This document shows, piece by piece, positions 32,806-45,389 of a stretch of DNA of 63,101 nt. The stretch is taken from contig JABLTG010000123.1 in the NCBI GenBank assembly GCA_016618085.1, forward strand, positions 1-63,101, given 5' to 3'. The notes beneath the pieces are model-generated. The model worked only from the letters and a program-made list of their open reading frames with translations, made no database searches and was not told where the DNA came from. Numbering within the stretch: position 1 is the first letter of the stretch; every line of letters begins with the position of its first letter. Made by a program: the position numbers and the translations under genes. Origin of the DNA: Neovahlkampfia damariscottae (lineage: Eukaryota).

Positions 32806-34545
32806 TTGATCATGTTTTTGAATAAGTTCAACAAGTTGTTGCGTTTCAAAAAATTTAATTTTTATTCCAAAAAGATACCACCAATTGGTGTTGATGATTT
32901 CAGAAAGATTGTTGAAGACAAAGATATGCTTTATGTTGACAAAACTTTGATGATTAAAGAATTAAAAGATGATTTATCAAAAGTAGTTATAATTACACGT
33001 CCAAGAAGATGGGGAAAGTCACTTAATATGTCCATGATTCAACATTTCTTTTCTTCTTCTGTTCTAAACAAAGAAACAAAAGGAATATTTGAAGATTATA
33101 AAATTTCAAAAATTGAAAATGGAAAATATTTGAAAGAACATCAAGGAAAATATCCAGTTATTTATATTACCTTCAAAGATTTAGCAACAAATAATTTTAG
33201 CTCTTTTCTTCAACAATTTAGCTATATTATTGAAAAACTTTACAGAGATCACAAATATTTGTTGGAAAAACTCAAACCTCATGAAGAAATTGATTTCAAA
33301 AGTTATCTTAATGGTAATATAGAAGAAACTTCTCTTTCAAGGTCACTTGATTTTTTCTCTGAAATGCTTTATAAATATTCAAATCAAACAAGAATTTTTA
33401 TTTTAATTGATGAATATGATACACCTCTCCAAATAGCTTATGTAGAAGATAAACAAAAATATTTAGAAGATGTTACAAGTTTTATGGGAAATTTATTCAG
33501 TGTAACACTCCAAAATAATAGATATCTTCATAAAGCAATATTAACTGGAATATTGTGCATCACAAAAGCGAATATATTTAGTGGATTTAATAACTTTAAT
33601 GAATTTACAATGTTAAACCAACGTTATAGTACTTCTTTTGGATTTAGATGAAGAAATTAAATTTATGCTTCAAGAATCTGATTTAAAAATGACTTCATTG
33701 ATGACATAAAAGAATGGTACAATGGATATATGATTCATCAATCAATTTTATATAATCCATGATCTATCAACAAATTTATTGAAAATAATGGTGAAGTAAA
33801 ATTATATTGGATCAACACATCTCAAAATTCATTGATAAAAAAACTTATAACAGGAAAATCAGTAGAAATTCAAAAAGATCTCTTAACATTAATTTCAGGT
33901 GATTTTATCACCAAAACAATTGATGAACAAATGGAATTGAAAAATCTTGAAAATAGTGAATCAGCAATTTGGAATTTATTTTATTTTACTGGTTATTTAA
34001 CAACAAAAGAAGTTAGATTCAATTCTAAAAGACAATATGTTTGTGATCTCATCATTCCAAATAAAGAGGTGAATGCATTTTTTAAAAAGATGATTAAAGA
34101 ATGGTTCAATGATGAAATGGGTGAACAAAAATATCATTCTTTCATTCAAAGTTTATTAGATGAAGATATTGAAAAATTTACAAAAGAATTAACAGATTAT
34201 TTAATTTTTACATCAAGTTATCATGATTTTGGAAATCAAGATAAAGAAAAGAGTTATCATTTATTTTTCCTTGGACTTATTGCAAGTTTAAATGATACTC
34301 ACATTATTCATTCCTATAGAAAAAGTGGACTTGGAAGATATGATATTTTAATTATTCCAAAATGTAAATCAAAACATGTTGCATTTATTATTGAATTCAA
34401 ACAATCAAAAAATGTAAATGAACTTGAGAATTTATCAAAAAATGAAATCAAACAAATTGATGATAATTTGTATTCAACTGAAATTCGTCAATATGAACAA
34501 ATAAAAAGTGTAATCAGTTTCCGATGGAATGAAAAATGTAAATAA
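32806..34545 (+). pseudogene. Bacterial-type AAA-ATPase-like plus PD-(D/E)XK nuclease gene, disrupted
   Basis: PIGVDDF..YVDKT..TRPRRWGKSLNMSM, LIDEYDTP, EWYNGY..YNP*S (TGA at 33760 for Trp), IPNKEV, GRYDI..IIEFK. Frameshifts near 33650-33700. No introns seen. Confidence 0.85.
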
Positions 34546-34682
34546 TATACCATGCTTATTAATAAAAATATCAATTCAGCAGGAATTCAATATCTCTTCT
34601 TTTTGATGCATCATTAATAACTTTGGTCAATATTGTTTGGTTTAATTTCCACCAATCACATTCTTCAAGAAAATCATTGAAG

Positions 34683-36940
34683 ATGAGACGTACTCACTCA
34701 AGTTTCGACATTAACACATACATCATTGAATTCAATTCTGTATTTTATTTCAAAGAGATTGGAGAACATTTTTTTGAATTCTTACAAACAGAATACAACC
34801 CAGAACCATTTCTTTGTGTCACAGCTATTGACGAGTTAAATGAATTGACACAAGATAAAGATATTATAACCAAGTGTAATGAAATTGTAAAAAAGTTTAT
34901 CAACCCTGATGCTGAACACGAAGTAAATATCTCAGAAACAACCAAAAGAAATTTGTTAAACTCTTTAAAAGAACAACTTACGGAAGATGAATGGATTTTA
35001 GAAGAAACAGCTTATGAAATATTCTTTCCTTTGAAAAGAATATTATGCTCTGAATTAAATGCCGATAACTTTCCTAGATTCGTCAGAACCAAAAAATTTA
35101 TTGACATGGTTGGAAAATACTCCGATGACCCAAGAGTTATGAAAGTTATAACAGCACTGAAATACCCATTTACAGATGAATATTATGAAAAACCTTTTAT
35201 TACAAAATCCGAAATTTCCTTCTTAAATGAGTTAACACAAGACTCATTTGCTTGGGAACCAATTTACACCAAAAATAGATTCAATGTTTATGTCAGTCGT
35301 TTAAATTTCTTACCAGAATCTAAATATTTTAGTCAAGCGAATACTTATAAAATTCATGCAACATTGCCATACTCATTTGAAAAGGTTGCAACTTTTTTTT
35401 TGTCACTTGAACATTTGAAGAAAGCTGATTCAAGAATAACAGATATTTCAGTTAGAGAAACATACTCAGTTAAAAAACTGTCCAACCAATTCCCAGATGA
35501 CAATATTGCGAATCAAATAAACTCAATAATTGGTGAAACATGTGTTCAACCACCTTTCCCAATTAGTACTCCTAGAAAGTCAATTGATGCTTATTGTATT
35601 GATTTTGATAATGAATCACAAACATTGACTTTTATTAGAAGACCATATCTTGGAGATTTCAAAGGAAATCATGTTGATTGGTCAAAGAAAATGAAGTTTG
35701 ATTTCACTGACAAAAAAAAAGAAAAAAAAACCTGTGATGGATATATGGCAGCCATTATGACATTTATAAAAATAGAAATTATTGATTCATGCACAACTAG
35801 ATTAACTCTATTGTCAAGTTCGTTTTGTTTTCAATGAATACTAAATTCTTTCTTCAAGTGGTTGACCCAAAAGGATATATGCAAAACAGTTTTATAATGG
35901 ATAATAGTGTTAAAATGATGGGAAGTAATATGGAGAATACTTTCTCAAAAGCACTAAAAAATATGCCAAAGGACATTTCACTTGAATCATTTAAATCATC
36001 AAATTCAGAGCCTTTCATGAATTTAGCTTACAAAGTGTTGAAAAAAAAAGAAACATTTTCTGAAATTAATTTCTTTGCACATCCTTTCACTGATGAAGAT
36101 TTAAAAAATCCTTTCATTCATCAATTTGAATTTGATTATTTTTCAGAATTATCAACTGATGTTCATTGGGATCTTATTTATTCTGGCCTCAAATCAAAGG
36201 TTTATTTTTCAAAATCCAATTTCATTCCAAATTCAAAGGTCTTTGGAAAGGCAATTCATTTGATGATAGAAAGATCTCTTGATATTTCTTTTGACAAATT
36301 AGTTTATTGTTATTTTCTTCAAAAAAAACGTGAAATCACCGAACCACATTCAACAAAAATTAAACTTTTGAAAGAGATTCATCCAAAAGACTTGATTAAT
36401 GAAGAAGAGAAATTAAAATTGACAGAAAATACAAACAGTAGTTTTCTATTCAATCATAACAAATATGCGACATTTCCAGTGAAAACAGCAAGAAAAATGG
36501 ATTATACAGAATCAATAAGAATGTCTTCGTATGGAAATATCGTGACTGCATTGGAAAGAACTTTCATCAGTGATTTGGAAACTGCTGAAAATTTTGATAA
36601 AAAAATCAAATTCTCAGTATTTGATAAAAAACAACAAAAAGAAATTGATGTGGAAGGTTATAACACACCAACTTTAAGATTCAGTAAAATTGAAAAAATC
36701 AATGAAAAACAAACAAAAATATCTGTATTGATGATTGTTGATCCTAAATTCTATGTGAATCCTGGAAAAATGGGAGTCAAAATGGTTGTTACTCTTTTCG
36801 GCAAAACTTTATTCAAACAAATTGATTCAATACTTTCTGATGTTCCTGATAATTTTTCATTTGAAAACTTACAAGTTGATGAAAATGAAGAACCGTTGGT
36901 GGCACTGTTGAAAAATTTGTTCCAAAATCTCTATAAATAA
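34683..36940 (+). CDS. RGS domain plus two START-like domains (one short intron at ~35820-35857)
   Basis: FLQTEYNPEPF..EVNIS..DNFPRF (RGS). Two repeats of PFTDE...VDPK, similar to 526-1893. Confidence 0.65.
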
Positions 36941-37103
36941 ACCTTTTTTGGTCAAGTGAAATTTTCTATTCTTTTTGACCATTTATTTAGCTTGCCAGAT
37001 TTGGATCATTTGCCTTATTCGGATTTTTTCTTTCCTAAATTTGATTAGGTGCTTTTTCTTTCCTAAATCTGTTTTTTTCAAAAACAAACGTCTAAAAATA
37101 TTA

Positions 37104-38292
37104 AGACTCCTATGTAATTAGTCACGTTATAAGAATAAACCTTAGTTTCTAAGTTGAAGTCTATGGTTTCAAACAAGTGGTGTTATTCCAAATAAGCAAA
37201 TAAGTGATGTTGCTTCAAATAAGTTACTTTTTTGCATAAAAAGTTCGGTTATTTCGAATAACGAGACACTTCAAGTTGTGGCTTGGCAGTATAAATGAAA
37301 ACTCTAGTTTTGGAATAAAAAATTTATTTGTTCATTTCACTTTTTAAAATTTTTTTAATACTTTCTGTAAGTTCTTTGTTTTCTTCTATTATTCCATATC
37401 ATCACCATTCAATCCAATGTATTGAATACTTCTGAATTCATCATCGATGTAAAAAAGAAAGTTCAAGTTGGTATGTAATATACTAACTTCATGTAATTTA
37501 TCCAAAAAATTCCTGTATTCTTCATTTTCCTTCTTATCTTCTTCACTTAATTGCTCACTCCATTGAACATTCGGTTTAATTCCACAATAATAAACCTTAG
37601 AGACTTCTATTTTCATCCTCAACAATTTCAGTAAAACATCTAACACCTCTTCCGAAGTTATTGAAATAATCAAAGAAAACGATGAAAGAATAATTTTTTT
37701 TGAATTTTCTTTCATTTTTTAAGAAAAATTTCTGCTTTTTTTCTTGTGAATTTTTTTGTCAATTATTCGATTCAATTTTTCAAGTGCTGAGTCTTGCTCT
37801 TTTACAATAACTTCTATACTCTCAAATTTGATTTCTCTTTCTGAAGCACCAGTTTTTTTTTGAGTCTTCAATGAATTCATCACCTTCAAATCCAAACATT
37901 TTAGAAATTTTGTCCAATCATATCAAAATAAGTTTAGATCAAATTTAATGGAAACAAAACAGTTTGAAGCCATGATGGAAATGAAAAACTATAAAGAAAT
38001 AAACGCAAAAAAATTCAAGAACTATACAGAATTGAGATAGTATCAATCCAAAGACATGATCCAACCCAGCTTCAAATTTTAAACTTATTGTTCCAGAATC
38101 TTTGCAATCACAATAGATTCACTACGCAAAAAAACAAAATTTGTTGGACATTCTATAGATTCCAGTAAAAATAAAACTGGGAATGTAATACATAAGTGTG
38201 TTATCAAAAACCACACTTGTTCGGTTGAAACCATAGACTTCAACTTAGAACTAAGGTTTATTCTTATAACGTGAATAATTACATAGGAGTCT
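37104..38292. mobile_element. Non-autonomous DNA transposon, 1189 bp, ~68-bp TIRs, TA-flanked
   Basis: 37104-37172 and the reverse complement of 38225-38292 differ by one substitution and one indel. TA at 37102-37103 and 38293-38294. No transposase visible. Confidence 0.8.
37389..37715 (-). CDS. Hypothetical cargo ORF inside the TIR element
   Basis: 108-aa ATG ORF; no family recognised. Confidence 0.35.
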   Translation of the reverse strand: MKENSKKIILSSFSLIISITSEEVLDVLLKLLRMKIEVSKVYYCGIKPNVQWSEQLSEEDKKENEEYRNFLDKLHEVSILHTNLNFLFYIDDEFRSIQYIGLNGDDME

Positions 38293-38349
38293 TATTGTAG
38301 AAATCATAATGTTCTAAAAACAACCAAACTCATTTTTTCATTTTTGAAA

Positions 38350-39165
38350 ACCCAACAAATTAATGTTCTAATAATTTACAATTCCAACAAGTGCTTCTAC
38401 AACCGTATAACAACTCTAAATCATATTTAAACAGATAAAAATTTCTTTACATTTTCTTGTGTCAATTCCAAACAACAATTCACCAAACAAACTTCAACAT
38501 CATAAGAAGCAGCAAATTTCTTCAACTCTAAATTAGAAACCTGAAACTCTTCGAACTTGTCAAACCTTTGAAAGATAAAAAAAAAATTTCGTCAACAAAC
38601 CTTGTTCCAACAACGACTAATCTTTTTCCGTCTAATTTATCAACCAACTTTTTTGCTTCCAAGAAACTTGATTTATCAATCATAGAAAACACAATGATAT
38701 GAATATCTTCATCATCCTGTTTTTCTGTATATTGAAGATACTTGAATCTTTTTTCGATTAGACTTCCTGTAAGACTCATTTCGAGTTTTATCCATTTAAT
38801 CTGTTCATTAAACTATCATTTTATTAATAATACAATTATGGTTACAATAATTGGAAGCATAGTTTCTCTGTAAATCAAACCTGAAGTGTCTGAATGCAAC
38901 TCTGAGTTGGAAACGTCTTTGAAATTAATAAATTGAAAAATTTACACTCTTGACAAAGTGATCTACTTACAGCACTTTTACCTTTAAAATGATTAATTTT
39001 CACTTGAATAGCCTCACCAGAATTTTCTGCACCATGAAAACGTATTTTGTAGACAAAGTCTGAAAGATTTTGATGTTCAAATAAACCATATAAACCTTTG
39101 ACTGATTTTAAAGAATCTACTAAAGCCTTTTGACCTTCTGTTGTCTGGGCCCATGAAGTCTGCAT
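38350..39165 (-). CDS. Divergent Ras-like small GTPase, multi-exon (boundaries approximate)
   Basis: YKIRFHGAENSG/KSA P-loop across an intron; IIVFSMIDKSSF..LVVVGTR. Confidence 0.5.
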
Positions 39166-39299
39166 TGTGTAGGTTCGGTTAACCAATAAAAATCTACTTC
39201 AATTTCCTTTTCATTTGATTTTGATTCTGTGTTTTTTGATGCAAAATAATGACAATAGAATTATTTAAAAATAACGTCTCTCGGAAATTTAAATTACCA

Positions 39300-40576
39300 A
39301 TGAAACCATTAACCGTTGCGTTTGTGTCTTTGACCTTGGCCTTATGCTTCGTTTTATATTTTAAATCAGGGTTTTCAATTGAAATTATACTATTACTGTT
39401 TCTATTGCCTCTACTGTATCTAGCTGACTCCAGTTCAAAGAAACAAATTTATCTTTTTGATGGTTTGATGAAAACAGTTCCTTTTGATCAAGATTACAAA
39501 GTTCTAAAGTTATTAGGAAGGTAAATTACATTATTAGATATCTAAGTTTTTAGAGGATCATTTGCTGAAGTCTTTTTAGTTTCATCAAGAAAAGATAACA
39601 AAAAAAGAGCTGTGAAAGTGATCAAAAAAGCAAACATAAAAGATACTCAACAAATTCAAAAGGAAGTTAAAATATGGAATAGTGTAAGATTTGAACTTGT
39701 TTTTTATTTTTTCAAGATTGATTGTCCTTACGTTGTGAAGCTGTTTGATGTTTATGAAGGTTTTTTTATTATTTTTTTTATTTTTTGAAAAGATGAAGAA
39801 CAAGTATGCATAGTGATGGAGTGGTTGCAAGGTGGTGAATTATTTCATAGACTAGTGACTGATCATCCAGATGGTTATGATGAAAATATTGTTAAAGAGA
39901 TTATAAGAAAATTAACAATTGGACTGAAATATTTACATCGTAGAGGGATAATACATAGAGATTTAAAAGTAGTTTAAACATTATTTTGACCTTTTTGCAG
40001 CCAGAAAATATTTTATTCGTCTCAGAGTATTCAGATTCAGAAATTAAAATCACAGGTTCAATATTTTTTTTTTTGACTTTTGGAGTAGACTTTGGACTTG
40101 CTGATATTGTACATAGTGGAGAGTCTTTAAGTTTAAGTTGTGGATCTTGTAGATATGTTGCTCCAGAAGTAATTTTAGGTGATGAATACTCATTTCCAGC
40201 TGATATATGGTCTTTAGGTATTATAATGTTCACATTACTTTGTGGTTATTCTCCTTTTGATGGTGATTCAGAACAGTTGATCCTCAGAAAAATTGCATTA
40301 GGTGAATTTTCATTTGACGGAGAAGTTTGGAAGAATATTTCAAAACAAGCAAAATCTTTAATTTCAAATATGCTTCATTTAGACCCAGAAGATCGTAAAA
40401 CAGCTTCTGAAATTTTGAAACATCCATGGTTCCAAGATGTAGATCCTTGGGCAATCACCAGAAAGACACAATTACTGAACATCATGGTAAATGGGAAAAG
40501 GAATCGAAAACAATCCATAGAAATTCCAAAGTACTTACAAAGACGACATACTCTTTCAAGTTTCGAATTGAACTAA
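39300..40576 (+). CDS. CaMK-group Ser/Thr kinase with N-terminal hydrophobic segments, multi-exon
   Basis: LGRGSFAEV, AVKVI, GGELF, IHRDLK/PENIL, DFGLA, YVAPE, DIWSLG..GYSPF, HPWF. Confidence 0.9.
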
Positions 40577-40831
40577 CTCAACATCCAATCGGAGTATTAA
40601 TTCAAATTCAAATCGAAAAAGTGCAAATCGGAACCAATAGGAATAATCATCTTTTCGAGCAAATTCACGCTCCAAATCCGTACCTTCGAATTGCTATAAT
40701 TGGGAACGGAATTTTCCTTCTCCACCAATAACCTTAGATCAACTTTAAAATTTCCTTATATAGCAAAGCTTCGATCCGATTTGGACAAATAAAAAGACCA
40801 AACTTTTTTTGCAAACATCGAACAACTCAAG

Positions 40832-41644
40832 ATGAAAAATACAACAACGACAAAGAACAACAACTCAACACACATGACTACACAAGTACCACTCAAGACT
40901 GACCTCTACAAGACTGAAATGTGTAGAAAGTGGGTGGAAACAGGAAAATGCAAATACGGAAAAAAATGTCAATACGCTCATGGTTACCATGAACTCAGAA
41001 ACGTAGTTAGACATCAAAAAGTAAACACCTTTTCATAACTAACTTTACTTCAGTATAAATCAAAATTGTGTAAAAATTTTCATGAAACTGGAATATGTCC
41101 TTATGGAAAAAGATGTAATTTTATTCACAATGAAGAGCATGATGAAGTTTCCTCACCTACATCCTCACCAACACTTATTCCAACTACAATTCAAGACTTT
41201 GTTCCATCAATACATTTACAATCACCAGGAGCTGAATCTTTAGTATCTGATTCAGATGTTCATGAACATACTTCAGAAGGTGAAGAAGAAGAAGAAGAAG
41301 AAGAATTCCAACTTTCAGAATATAAATTCGAAGAAGAATCAAAAGAAGAACTTGTAAATGAACAATATGAAGAAAAATATTCAGATGAAAGTGAAGATGA
41401 AGAATTTGAAAGATTAGAAAACGAAATTTTTGATTTATCTGAAATTGCAACAAAACTTAATTTATCACCAAAGGAGTCAAAATCATCATCACCAAAATTG
41501 GGTAAAAAAAATTTGAACGTAATGAGTTTTGATGAAATATTTCCAACATTTGACAGAAGATTATCAGCATTCTCAAGAAGATGTCCAGAATCAAAAGATG
41601 ATTTAGGCTTCAATTTTGATCAATTTAATACTGTTATTTTTTAA
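40832..41644 (+). CDS. Tandem CCCH zinc-finger RNA-binding protein (TIS11/TTP family)
   Basis: YKTEMC..C..CQYAH and YKSKLC..C..CNFIH. C-terminal RRLSAFSR resembles the TTP NOT1-binding motif. One intron. Confidence 0.9.
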
Positions 41645-41907
41645 AAAGAAAAGAGAAAAAAGTGTAAAATTATGAAATAAATTATTTTTCTTCAATTAAA
41701 AATTGTTGTGTTTCAAATTTGAAAAGGTTCAATATTTTTTTTGAACGTTGAAAATAAGATCGGAAAAATAAAATCTTATCAATTTGATTGGTGGAATTAT
41801 ACCTTAGGTCTTTTTTCATTATTTTTCATCTCTTTCAAAGAAAAAAACATCTCTTGGTTCAAAAATTAATATCCAATAAAAATAATTCTTTGCTTCCAAT
41901 TTCATTC

Positions 41908-43329
41908 ATGAGTTTTCTCCAAACAGATGAAGAAAAAAGAGAAATGGTTGACAAAGCAGTTGACCATATTTTAAAAACTCTAAAAGAAAAAGATCAAAAA
42001 TCAGGAACTGTCTATTCAGATGAAGTGATAACAAAAACTTTTGAAAATTTTTTAGAAATTGACATGCCAGAAAACTCAAAAAAATTAGAATTAATTTATG
42101 AAGAATTATTTAAATCATTTGAAGTTTCATATAACGTTACGCACCCTGGTTACTTGTCATTCATTCCTTCTGGAAATTTATTTCCATCTGCTGTCACAGA
42201 GTTGATTATCAGCTCCATCAATAGATATTCTGGTTATGTTTTTGCATGCCCTGGTTTGGGTGCTTTAGAGTCAAATGTTTTATTGTGGTTTTGTAAGATC
42301 ATAGGTTATCCAAAGTCTGCATTTGGTTTTTTCACAGAAGGTGCCACATCTGCAACAATGAACGCTGTATGTCTTGCTAGGAATGAAATTTTGAAAGAAA
42401 ATTTGTATAAAGGAATTGTTTATGCATCAGATCAAAGTCATTTTTCAATTAAAAAATCATTGAAAATTTTAGGAATTCCCTTAAGAAATCTTCGAACTAT
42501 TAAATCAAATAATTTTCAAATCTCAATTGAAGAATTAAAAATGAGAATAGAAAAAGATAAAAAAGATGGATTCATTCCATTTTTGATTATAGGATCAGCA
42601 GGAACTACCAACACTGGCTCCATTGATGATTTACAAGAACTTTCAAAAATTGCAAAGAAAGAAAAGATGTGGTTACACATTGACGCAGCTTACGGAGGAT
42701 TTTTCAAAATGACAGAAAGAGGAAAAAAAGTACTAAAATACTTGGAAGAAGCTGATTCTGTTGTAGTTGATCCCCACAAAAGTTTACTTCTTCCATATGG
42801 GTTAGGATGTCTTTTAGTCAAAGATTCATCATGTCTGAAAAGATTATATTCAGTTTTTGAAGAAGATAATGAAATAGTTTATATTCCAAATGCCACTGAT
42901 GAAAGATTTGATTTTGCAAATTGCTCACCTGATTCAACAAGATCTGCCAAAGGAATCAAAGCATGGCTTCCAATCAAATTATACGGTATGAGTGCATTCA
43001 GAAATTGTTTAGATGAAAAAATGGATTTAACAGAATACCTTTTAGAACAACTAAAACAAATAGAAGGAATTGAAATTCTCTCAACTTCTCCTTTGACAGT
43101 TGTAAATTTTCGTTATTTTCCAAAGGACCAAATAATTGGAGAAGATTTAGATGAATTAAATAAGAATTTACTACAATTAATGAGCGAAGAAGAGAAATTT
43201 TTTGTTGTGAATACAAAAGTTGATGGGAAATTTTCCATTAGAGTTTGTATTTTGAATTATAGATCAGATAAGAATCTAATTGACTTATTTTTGGAAATTT
43301 TAAAAAAATCTATAAAGAAATTGAATTAA
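41908..43329 (+). CDS. Group II PLP-dependent (aromatic amino acid) decarboxylase
   Basis: HPGYLSFIP, SDQSHFS, AGTTNTGSID, WLHIDAAYGG, DPHK (PLP lysine). Intronless. Confidence 0.92.
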   Translation: MSFLQTDEEKREMVDKAVDHILKTLKEKDQKSGTVYSDEVITKTFENFLEIDMPENSKKLELIYEELFKSFEVSYNVTHPGYLSFIPSGNLFPSAVTELIISSINRYSGYVFACPGLGALESNVLLWFCKIIGYPKSAFGFFTEGATSATMNAVCLARNEILKENLYKGIVYASDQSHFSIKKSLKILGIPLRNLRTIKSNNFQISIEELKMRIEKDKKDGFIPFLIIGSAGTTNTGSIDDLQELSKIAKKEKMWLHIDAAYGGFFKMTERGKKVLKYLEEADSVVVDPHKSLLLPYGLGCLLVKDSSCLKRLYSVFEEDNEIVYIPNATDERFDFANCSPDSTRSAKGIKAWLPIKLYGMSAFRNCLDEKMDLTEYLLEQLKQIEGIEILSTSPLTVVNFRYFPKDQIIGEDLDELNKNLLQLMSEEEKFFVVNTKVDGKFSIRVCILNYRSDKNLIDLFLEILKKSIKKLN

Positions 43330-43443
43330 ATTCTATTGAAGGTTCTAATGTTTATCTTCAATCTCTAGTAATTTTTGATTGGTTCATCAGAGAGATTTAA
43401 GTGCAGTTTGATTGGTTAATTGTTCAATTTGTGAAAAGTGAAC

Positions 43444-44669
43444 ATGTTTGATGAGCTACCTGATGATTCTGTTTTTGAGATAGCAAATTACCTGGACCCA
43501 ACTTCTATCATATCCCTTTCAGAAACGTCTGAAAGAAATAACAGAGTTCTACGTTCTGATTTGTTATGGCAAAATTTATGTAAAAACCATTGGAAATCAA
43601 CAAACAGAGATTCAGAAAAGAAAAATTTTTTTGAAACTGTCATTGAATCAAGTGAAGAATTCACTAATGAAGAAGTTATTCCTTTAACAGAAAATTATTT
43701 TGCTCTTTTTAAAAAAAGACAATACAAGTACAACAAGTGGAAAAAAAATTTAGTTTGACTTCGTTTCATTTTTTAATTATTAATTTTATAGGTAACAAGA
43801 AAATGGTTAATTACAGATTATATTAGGCTTCTTTGGTGGTTATTTATTGATCCTCAGGTTCAACCTGAGTATTTACCAAAATATGAAGCAGAAACAATTC
43901 AAAAAAACTCTTTATATGCTGGAAGACTTATGATTGCTTTTTTCATTTTTTTTCCACTGGTAATTACTTCACTGGCTCATTTTTTATGGGCTATTTTTTT
44001 TATTCCAATATTTCTCATTATGGCATTTTTTTCTTTGGCAATGGTACGTATAGATTATACAAGTTGGAAAGGAATTTTTTATATTTTTGGGTTACTAATA
44101 GGTACAGGAGTTGTCGCAGCTTCTTTTTATACAAATGAGTAATCGTAGTTTTTATTCACCTTTTTAGTCTATTTTTGGTCATTGCAATGTTATTTTCTGC
44201 TTCAATTACACTTGCTACAGCTCATTCAATGAATTCTATGATTATGAATCTCGATGAAGTTGATGAGTACCCAAGCAGTTTCAATGGATATCCTGTAATT
44301 TTTTTGACTGCTTTATCAATTATCATTGGAGGAATAATTGGAGCAATGGGTGTCAGAGGAACTATTTTTTTTTTCATTTTAATTTTTGGATTACTTGGTG
44401 GTGAATTATCTGGTGAAATACTTGAATTAATGGGAGTCAAAGGAGTGATCATGTTGGTTGTTGGCATCATTTGTCTGATTATTTATTTTTCAGCGACTAT
44501 TTGCATTGGAAATAATTACAAACAGAAAAAAATAGTGAAATCTATATTTGCTGTCTTTTTTCTTCTTATGAATATTTTGATGTTACTGCTCTTGATTGTG
44601 AGAATTGTAATGATTTTATTTTTTGGGTTTGAAGTGATATACATTACAGAATTTGCAGATTTAAAATAA
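43444..44669 (+). CDS. F-box protein with multiple C-terminal TM helices, multi-exon
   Basis: FDELPDDSVFEIANYL..LWQNLC (F-box). Hydrophobic ORFs 43930-44142 and 44175-44669. Confidence 0.65.
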
Positions 44670-44735
44670 AAAATAAAAAATTTATGGTGTCAAAATTCAA
44701 TAGAATCACTTAAAAATTACAATGTTTCAAATGAT

Positions 44736-45002
44736 TTAACAGAAATCATCAGGTGAAGTAGCAAATGAGATTTTGTCAAGTTTTTCAATTCTGTCCCAAA
44801 TTGTTGTTCCTTCATATTTGAAGTAATAGATTCTGTGCTCTGGGATATCACCTATATCATAAGTTTCTAAGTTACATTCCATAATTCCAACAAATCTGTC
44901 TTTGTAGCCAATGGTCAATTTATCTTTGTCAAAGGAATTGTCCCATTTGAATCTGTTTATGATGTCTTTGGATGATCTGAGGGATTTCTTTTGTTGAGTC
45001 AT
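44736..45002 (-). CDS. Stand-alone MJ1316 (DUF504/LENG9-like) domain protein
   Basis: DIINRFKWD..IGYKDRFVG..DIPEHRIYYFK..IWDR. Confidence 0.8.
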   Translation of the reverse strand: MTQQKKSLRSSKDIINRFKWDNSFDKDKLTIGYKDRFVGIMECNLETYDIGDIPEHRIYYFKYEGTTIWDRIEKLDKISFATSPDDFC

Positions 45003-45389
45003 GTGTTTGGTTGTGATATTGGTTGATGTGAAATGCTCACCTTTGAAGATTATTTATAGTTGTGTAAAATCAGTTTGATTGGATGTGGTAAATCTATTTT
45101 TAAATCCATCAAATTCGAAATTGAAATTTTTTACTTCAATCGGATTTTAAATGTAAATTGGTTAATGAAATCGAATTACAATGAAGAACAACTAATATTA
45201 AGAGAACAAAGTGCTTCTGTTTAAATCATTGTTCCCTAAACACTTTTTTTGGAACTGTTGCAGAATTTTTGTAAACTTGTAAATTTATTGAAAGATATTA
45301 GCATTTAATTTATCTCCACAGAAATGGAAGAAGAAAGACTAATAGGTTCAATGTTCATTTTTTCTTTTAGTTTTCACAAATTGATTTGA

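Noticed and set aside
33760..33762. TGA at a conserved Trp as evidence for genetic code 4 or selenocysteine
   Set aside because: Other Trp codons in the window are TGG and the same gene has frameshifts, so it is a nonsense lesion.
41281..41410. GAA-rich repeat tract
   Set aside because: Encodes a poly-Glu region inside the CCCH gene.
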